This document shows, piece by piece, positions 1 through 3,842 of a stretch of DNA of 7,760 nucleotides (its first letter is position 1; each line of letters begins with the position of its first letter). The notes below the pieces were generated by a model that was not told where the DNA came from, did not search any database, and saw nothing but the letters and a program-made list of their open reading frames with translations. The stretch lies in IMG/VR virus record IMGVR_UViG_3300045988_181512, positions 1-7,760 of that record. One strand, given 5' to 3'. The stretch is from a virus. The translations under genes and the position numbers were made by a program.

Positions 1-49
1 ACGAGATGTAGCTCCGTCTCGTGGGCTCGGAGATGTGTATAAGAGACAG
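1..49 (+). other. Illumina Nextera i7-side adapter remnant (non-biological)
   Basis: Read directly. 1-7 ACGAGAT is the 3' end of the P7 primer (...GGCATACGAGAT). 8-15 GTAGCTCC fills the 8-nt index slot; its reverse complement GGAGCTAC is, from memory, Nextera index N718. 16-30 is GTCTCGTGGGCTCGG. 31-49 AGATGTGTATAAGAGACAG is the 19-bp Tn5 mosaic end. Insert sequence begins at 50. Confidence 0.95.
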
Positions 50-145
50 ATAGGCGCTGTGCTCCTCGTTCTTATTAAAGTGTTGTGCTATATTTATTAT
101 TTGTATATTCTTTTTACTATTTTATATTATTATAGCACATACCTG

Positions 146-159
146 CGCCCGAAAGGGCG
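146..159 (+). promoter_or_regulatory. GC stem-loop CGCCC-GAAA-GGGCG
   Basis: There are 5 G:C pairs (146-150 with 155-159) closing a GAAA tetraloop (151-154). An alternative pairing is CCGAA (149-153) with TTCGG (166-170). It sits on the coding strand, presumed to be the virion strand, of an ssDNA phage. The structure is seen; the function is unknown. Mirror copy at 7602-7615. Confidence 0.5.
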
Positions 160-199
160 GAACGGTTCGGCATCGCTGCCCCTTAGTTCATTTCATTGG

Positions 200-232
200 C
201 AAAGCCTATTTAATTTTTCCCGGAGGGCTTTG
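200..232 (+). promoter_or_regulatory. Second stem-loop, 7-bp stem CAAAGCC/GGCTTTG with 19-nt loop
   Basis: 200-206 CAAAGCC pairs with 226-232 GGCTTTG. No uninterrupted T-run follows immediately, so it is not a canonical intrinsic terminator. Mirror copy at 7529-7561. Confidence 0.35.
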
Positions 233-372
233 AATTTACCTTATTCAAAGCTCTTATCCCTTGTCTTTCTTTTGAAAAATTACACTTACTCCAAAAAAAA
301 CATCATTTTATTTGGTTATTATGATTTTTATTTCTATCATTGCAGTGTTGTTTAACTGATATTTGTTTTATT

Positions 373-579
373 ATGAAAGTTACTCCTCAACAATGGATTG
401 AAATTGTAAAATTAATTTCAACTTTTATTATTGGTGTTATCACCACTTTGTTTGTACAGTCTTGTACTGTTTCTATGTCTATTTTAAAGAACAATCAAAA
501 CTCGACGCAGAAAACTGAACAGACTTCTACGTCGTCTATTGATTCTACTAAAATTAATATTAATCCTAAAAATTTTTAA
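373..579 (+). CDS. Small membrane protein, 68 aa (hypothetical; single N-terminal hydrophobic helix)
   Basis: ATG at 373 is preferred over the track's upstream TTG at 340; stop TAA is at 577-579. Sequence: MKVTPQQWIEIVKLISTFIIGVITTLFVQSCTVSMSILKNNQNSTQKTEQTSTSSIDSTKININPKNF. A hydrophobic segment (roughly W8-V29) is followed by Q-S-C and a polar S/T/N/Q/K-rich tail. It is on the same strand as Rep and capsid, with a 3-nt gap to the next ATG. No homolog recognised. Confidence 0.55.
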   Translation: MKVTPQQWIEIVKLISTFIIGVITTLFVQSCTVSMSILKNNQNSTQKTEQTSTSSIDSTKININPKNF

Positions 580-582
580 GTT

Positions 583-732
583 ATGGAAATGTATTTGATT
601 TCTTATCAGAAGCAAGGTTCTACCCCTGTTGTGTATGTTGCTAATGAGTCTACTCTTATGGCTACTGTTAACCAGGCTTTAAAAGAGTCTGAAGGTTCGC
701 CTGTATTGGTTTCATCCGCTAAGACTATTTGA
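583..732 (+). CDS. Hypothetical 49-aa protein (below the ORF-track length cutoff)
   Basis: Hand translation from ATG 583 to TGA 730-732 gives MEMYLISYQKQGSTPVVYVANESTLMATVNQALKESEGSPVLVSSAKTI. It exactly fills the gap between the 68-aa ORF (3-nt spacer) and the Rep ATG at 735 (2-nt spacer), on the same strand and with similar T-ending codon usage. No homolog recognised. Confidence 0.45.
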   Translation: MEMYLISYQKQGSTPVVYVANESTLMATVNQALKESEGSPVLVSSAKTI

Positions 733-734
733 TT

Positions 735-2405
735 ATGACAGAGAAAGAACGGGAAAAATATTTAGCTACAGAGTGTTTTCATCCTCGAAAGGTGACTAAT
801 AGATACACTCATGAAACTTTGTTTGTTCGTTGTGGTACATGTCCTTCATGTCTTGTTCATCGTTCTAATATCCAATGTGCTTTAATATCTAACATGTCGT
901 CTCATTTTAAGTATGCCTACTTTTTTACGCTTACTTATTCTGATGAGTTTGTCCCTCGTGTGTCTTTTGAAGTTGTAGAAAGGTGTGATGCTGAAAGTGA
1001 GATAGATGCTTATATGTCCGATTCTGACCCTAGACATTTGCCCTACGATGATTCTAAATATCAAATAGCAGCTACTTATTTACCCCGTTCTGGCTGTTTT
1101 CGCGTTCACGACTCCGGTCGTGTTCGCGATTTTTCAGAAACAGAGTCTTCTTATCAGTTTCTTCATACTTTTTCTGGTAAGGAAATACGTGATTTGTTGG
1201 TAGCTTCTAACGGTCGTTATGATTTTGTACGCAAATGTGTTGTTTTCCCTTCTATTGATGAATGTCGTAATGAGGTTTTTGTTTTGAATCCTTATGATCA
1301 GAATTTGTTTTTTAAACGTTTACGTAAATTGATTGCAAAGAAATACGATGAAAAAATATGTTACTACCTTGTATCAGAGTATGGTGGCCGGACATATCGT
1401 CCGCATTGGCACGGTATATTATTCTTTAACTTGGACGAACTCACCTCGTCTATATGTGAGTTGGTATCTAAGAGTTGGAGCTACGGTCTTACAGATTGTT
1501 CACTGTCGAGAGGTTCCGCTGCTGGTTATGTTGCGTCGTATATTAATAGTTTTGTCGATTTACCAGATTTTTTTAACCGACACAAAGAAATTAAGCCTAG
1601 ATCCTACCACTCCAAAGGACTTTCGGTTAATAGCCTCTTTTGTCAATCGTCCGACATTTCAGAAGTACAGTCAGTTGCCTCTTCATGTATTGATGGATTT
1701 AGTGTCCCGATTAATGGTGAGTATGTCACAGTCAAACCTTCACGGTCGTATGAACGTATGCTATTCCCCCGAATCTCTGACCCTGTTTTTGCGAATCCAT
1801 ACGGCTGTGTTGACTTATTTTTCGGTGCGTTCACAGCATCCAATAGGCTCGTACGTGACGGATATATATCAATAGATGAGAATCTTTCTGTTTGGCAGCT
1901 TTCTAGGCGTTATGCGGAGTATTATTACGGTGTTCGTGCTGGTTATCACAATGTTTCTTATTATGATTCTTTAATTTTTAAGTTTATCCGTTTGGAAACT
2001 GACCAGATTGATTCTGACTCTGTTACTGGTAAGATTTATAGGTTTTTTTCTGCTGTTAATCGTACTTTTCGTTTTTGGAATCTTGATAGATATGTTTTAT
2101 CCCATGATTTAAAGAAGTCTTTACTCAAATTGTTTACTGTTTCTTTTGATTATTGGTCTAGAAAGGAATTGAGATATATTAATGATTATTATGATTATCT
2201 TTCTGTTCATCCTGAATCCCAGGCTTTTTTAAGTTCAAGGACTATTAATTTCTCTTGTCCTCTTAAAGATGATAAGCTTTTTTGGCGTGATTTAAATTCT
2301 ACCTTGTCCTCTTTGAAAAAATCTGTTTTGGAACGGATTTTTCAGAAAGTTAAACATAAGAATTATAATGATATATCAGGTTTATTGTTTAATTTAAATT
2401 TTTAG
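735..2405 (+). CDS. VP4: Microviridae replication initiation protein (HUH rolling-circle endonuclease, VP4 / gpA-like), 556 aa from ATG 735
   Basis: The track ORF 729-2405 starts at TTG; the in-frame ATG at 735 is preferred. Stop TAG is at 2403-2405. Motifs read in the translation: a Cys cluster C-G-T-C-P-S-C (831-851); RCR motif 1 FFTLTY (921-938); the HUH motif RPHWHGILFF (1398-1427, with H-W-H at 1404-1412); and the two-tyrosine motif AAGYVASYINS (Y at 1527-1529 and 1539-1541, Y-x-x-x-Y). The last resembles phiX174 gpA YVAKYVNK. Confidence 0.9.
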   Translation: MTEKEREKYLATECFHPRKVTNRYTHETLFVRCGTCPSCLVHRSNIQCALISNMSSHFKYAYFFTLTYSDEFVPRVSFEVVERCDAESEIDAYMSDSDPRHLPYDDSKYQIAATYLPRSGCFRVHDSGRVRDFSETESSYQFLHTFSGKEIRDLLVASNGRYDFVRKCVVFPSIDECRNEVFVLNPYDQNLFFKRLRKLIAKKYDEKICYYLVSEYGGRTYRPHWHGILFFNLDELTSSICELVSKSWSYGLTDCSLSRGSAAGYVASYINSFVDLPDFFNRHKEIKPRSYHSKGLSVNSLFCQSSDISEVQSVASSCIDGFSVPINGEYVTVKPSRSYERMLFPRISDPVFANPYGCVDLFFGAFTASNRLVRDGYISIDENLSVWQLSRRYAEYYYGVRAGYHNVSYYDSLIFKFIRLETDQIDSDSVTGKIYRFFSAVNRTFRFWNLDRYVLSHDLKKSLLKLFTVSFDYWSRKELRYINDYYDYLSVHPESQAFLSSRTINFSCPLKDDKLFWRDLNSTLSSLKKSVLERIFQKVKHKNYNDISGLLFNLNF

Positions 2406-2408
2406 TTT

Positions 2409-3842
2409 ATGGCTTATTTTACAGGTCTTAAACAGCTCCAGAATCATCCGCATCGTTCTGGTTTTGATATTGGAGCTAAAAATGTGTTTTCTGCTAAGTG
2501 TGGTGAGCTTCTTCCTATCTTTTGGGATTTAGGCTTGCCCGGTTGTACTTACGACATTAGTTTGCAGTATTTTACTCGTACTCGTCCTGTGCAGACTGCT
2601 GCTTATACTCGTGTTCGTGAGTATTTTGATTTTTATGCTGTTCCTGTTGATTTGATTTGGAAATCTTTCGATGCTTCTGTTATTCAAATGGGTGAAATTG
2701 CTCCGGTTCAATCTAAGGACTTATTAAATGCTCTTACTGTTAAAGGTGATTTACCTTGGTGTAATCTATCTGATTTAGGTTGGTCTACATTTTTGTCGTC
2801 TGGTTCATTTAGTACTGGTACTTCTCCTTCTGTCTCCTCTAGTTATGCTAATATTTTCGGATATAATCGTGGTGATGTTAATTACAAGTTGCTTCACATG
2901 CTTAATTACGGTAATATTATTCCGACTTCTCCATCGTTGTCTATTGGTGGCGCTTCTTATCGTTGGTGGAATATGAGCGCTCCTTTGGATGAGTCTCCTC
3001 AAACTTATTCCCAGCTATTCAATTATAATTTAGCTGTAAATATCTTGCCTCTTGCTGCTTATCAGAAAATTTATCAAGATTTTTTCCGCTGGTCGCAATG
3101 GGAAAATGCAGATCCTACTTCTTATAATTTTGATTGGTATATTGGTTCTGGTAATATTTTTGGTACGAGTATTTCTACTTCTATTGGAATTAATAACGAT
3201 TATTGGAAACGTGATAATCTCTTTTCTCTTCGTTATTGTAACTGGAATAAGGATTTGTTCATGGGAATTCTTCCCAATTCCCAGTTTGGAGATATTGCTG
3301 TTGTAGATGTTTCTGGTCGTACTGATTCTACTCCTGTTCGTCTTGGTCCTTCTGGTTTAACTGTTCAAAATTATGCGTCGGTTGGATCGAATTCTTCTTT
3401 TTTAGTGAAGCTTTCTTCTGCTCCTTCTTCTCCTATTCCTGCTGGTTCCAATTTTTTTGTTAATAATTCATCGGTTTCTTCTTCGTTTAATATTCTTGCT
3501 CTTCGTCAAGCAGAAGCTTTGCAGAAATATCGTGAAATTACCCAGTCTGTTGATACTAATTATCGTGACCAGATTAAGGCACATTTTGGTGTGAATGTCC
3601 CTGCTTCTGATTCTCACATGGCACAGTATATTGGTGGAATTGCTCGTAATCTTGACATTTCAGAGGTTGTAAATAACAACTTGCAAGGAGATGGTGAAGC
3701 CGTTATTTATGGTAAAGGTGTTGGTACCGGAACTGGTTCTATGCGTTATTCTACTGGTTCTAAATATTGTATTTTGATGTGTATTTATCACGCTATGCCT
3801 CTTTTGGATTACAATATCTCTGGCCAAACAGCTTATTATTAA
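2409..3842 (+). CDS. VP1: Microviridae major capsid protein (VP1 / F-like), 5' part; authentic only to 3827, terminal TAYY-stop is created by the chimeric junction
   Basis: ATG is at 2409, 3 nt after the Rep stop. The N-terminal block RSGFDIGAKNVFSAKCGELLPIFWDLGLPGCTYDISLQYFTRTRPVQTAAYTRVREYFDFYAVPVDLIW matches the conserved microvirus capsid N-terminus as I recall it (GEL-P, LPG, FTRT-P, EY-D-Y-VP). Codon usage is strongly NNT. Identity with the - copy ends at codon 473 (3827). Confidence 0.85.
   Translation: MAYFTGLKQLQNHPHRSGFDIGAKNVFSAKCGELLPIFWDLGLPGCTYDISLQYFTRTRPVQTAAYTRVREYFDFYAVPVDLIWKSFDASVIQMGEIAPVQSKDLLNALTVKGDLPWCNLSDLGWSTFLSSGSFSTGTSPSVSSSYANIFGYNRGDVNYKLLHMLNYGNIIPTSPSLSIGGASYRWWNMSAPLDESPQTYSQLFNYNLAVNILPLAAYQKIYQDFFRWSQWENADPTSYNFDWYIGSGNIFGTSISTSIGINNDYWKRDNLFSLRYCNWNKDLFMGILPNSQFGDIAVVDVSGRTDSTPVRLGPSGLTVQNYASVGSNSSFLVKLSSAPSSPIPAGSNFFVNNSSVSSSFNILALRQAEALQKYREITQSVDTNYRDQIKAHFGVNVPASDSHMAQYIGGIARNLDISEVVNNNLQGDGEAVIYGKGVGTGTGSMRYSTGSKYCILMCIYHAMPLLDYNISGQTAYY

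Larger units (their letters stand above)
50..372 (+). promoter_or_regulatory. AT-rich non-coding region upstream of the gene block, with an embedded GC-rich hairpin island
   Basis: No convincing CDS. The only ORF here starts inside the adapter and translates to Tyr/Leu/Ile-rich low complexity. The region is very AT-rich apart from 142-182 (30 of 41 bases are G/C). It lies immediately upstream of four co-directional, tightly spaced genes. A function as promoter, origin or terminator is inferred, not shown. Confidence 0.5.
1..3827. repeat. Left arm of window-wide perfect inverted repeat
   Basis: Position x is complementary to 7761-x. Spot checks agree: 51-60 TAGGCGCTGT vs 7701-7710 ACAGCGCCTA, and 581-600 vs 7161-7180. 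All mirrored ORF pairs in the track have identical translations (729-2405/5356-7032, 1333-1875/5886-6428, 340-579/7182-7421, and others). The capsid copies are identical for codons 1-473, whose last base is 3827. Confidence 0.95.

Noticed and set aside
121-150. Possible dif/XerCD-like site (reverse complement GGGCGCAGGTATGTGCTATAATAATATAAA compared with E. coli dif GGTGCGCATAATGTATATTATGTTAAAT)
   Set aside because: Only the GG-GCGCA arm resembles dif. The central region and second arm align poorly by eye, at about 7 of 20. The relevant Bacteroidota dif sequence is not known to me, so there is insufficient evidence.
164-170. GGTTCGG resembling a tRNA T-loop (GGTTCGA), hinting at a tRNA or attachment-site fragment
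   Set aside because: No acceptor, D or anticodon arms can be built around it. It is better explained as part of the alternative hairpin pairing in the GC island.
293-300. A8 homopolymer as a slippage or frameshift site
   Set aside because: It lies in the non-coding region with no flanking frames to connect. It is unremarkable in AT-rich DNA.
35-355. 106-aa ORF (mirror 7406-7726) covering the upstream region
   Set aside because: Its start (GTG at 35) lies inside the Tn5 mosaic-end adapter, and there is no in-frame ATG within the insert. The product is Tyr/Leu/Ile/Phe-rich low complexity (CYIYYLYILFTILYYYSTY, FGYYDFYFYH), typical of translated TAT/ATT-rich non-coding DNA, and it runs through the GC hairpin island. 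Caveat: the frame is open from the insert boundary (50) to 355, so I cannot fully exclude that it is the 3' end of an upstream gene lost from the contig.
358-365. Bacteroides-type -7 promoter element (TAnnTTTG) near-match GATATTTG
   Set aside because: It matches 7 of 8 positions, lies just 8 nt from the ATG, and I could find no matching -33 TTTG at suitable spacing. No exact TAnnTTTG occurs in 50-372, so I do not call a promoter.
340-372. N-terminal extension (MQCCLTDICFI) of the small membrane ORF as drawn in the track
   Set aside because: The extension depends on a TTG start at 340. The in-frame ATG at 373 gives a conventional MK... N-terminus directly ahead of the hydrophobic helix.
882-3002. 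Antisense ORFs 882-1064, 1643-1843, 2529-2711 and 2805-3002 (with mirrors 4759-4956, 5050-5232, 5918-6118, 6697-6879)
   Set aside because: All are 60-66 codons long and lie opposite well-supported Rep and capsid coding sequence. Microviridae transcribe one strand only, and the translations are R/S/T/N/I-rich antisense-type sequence.
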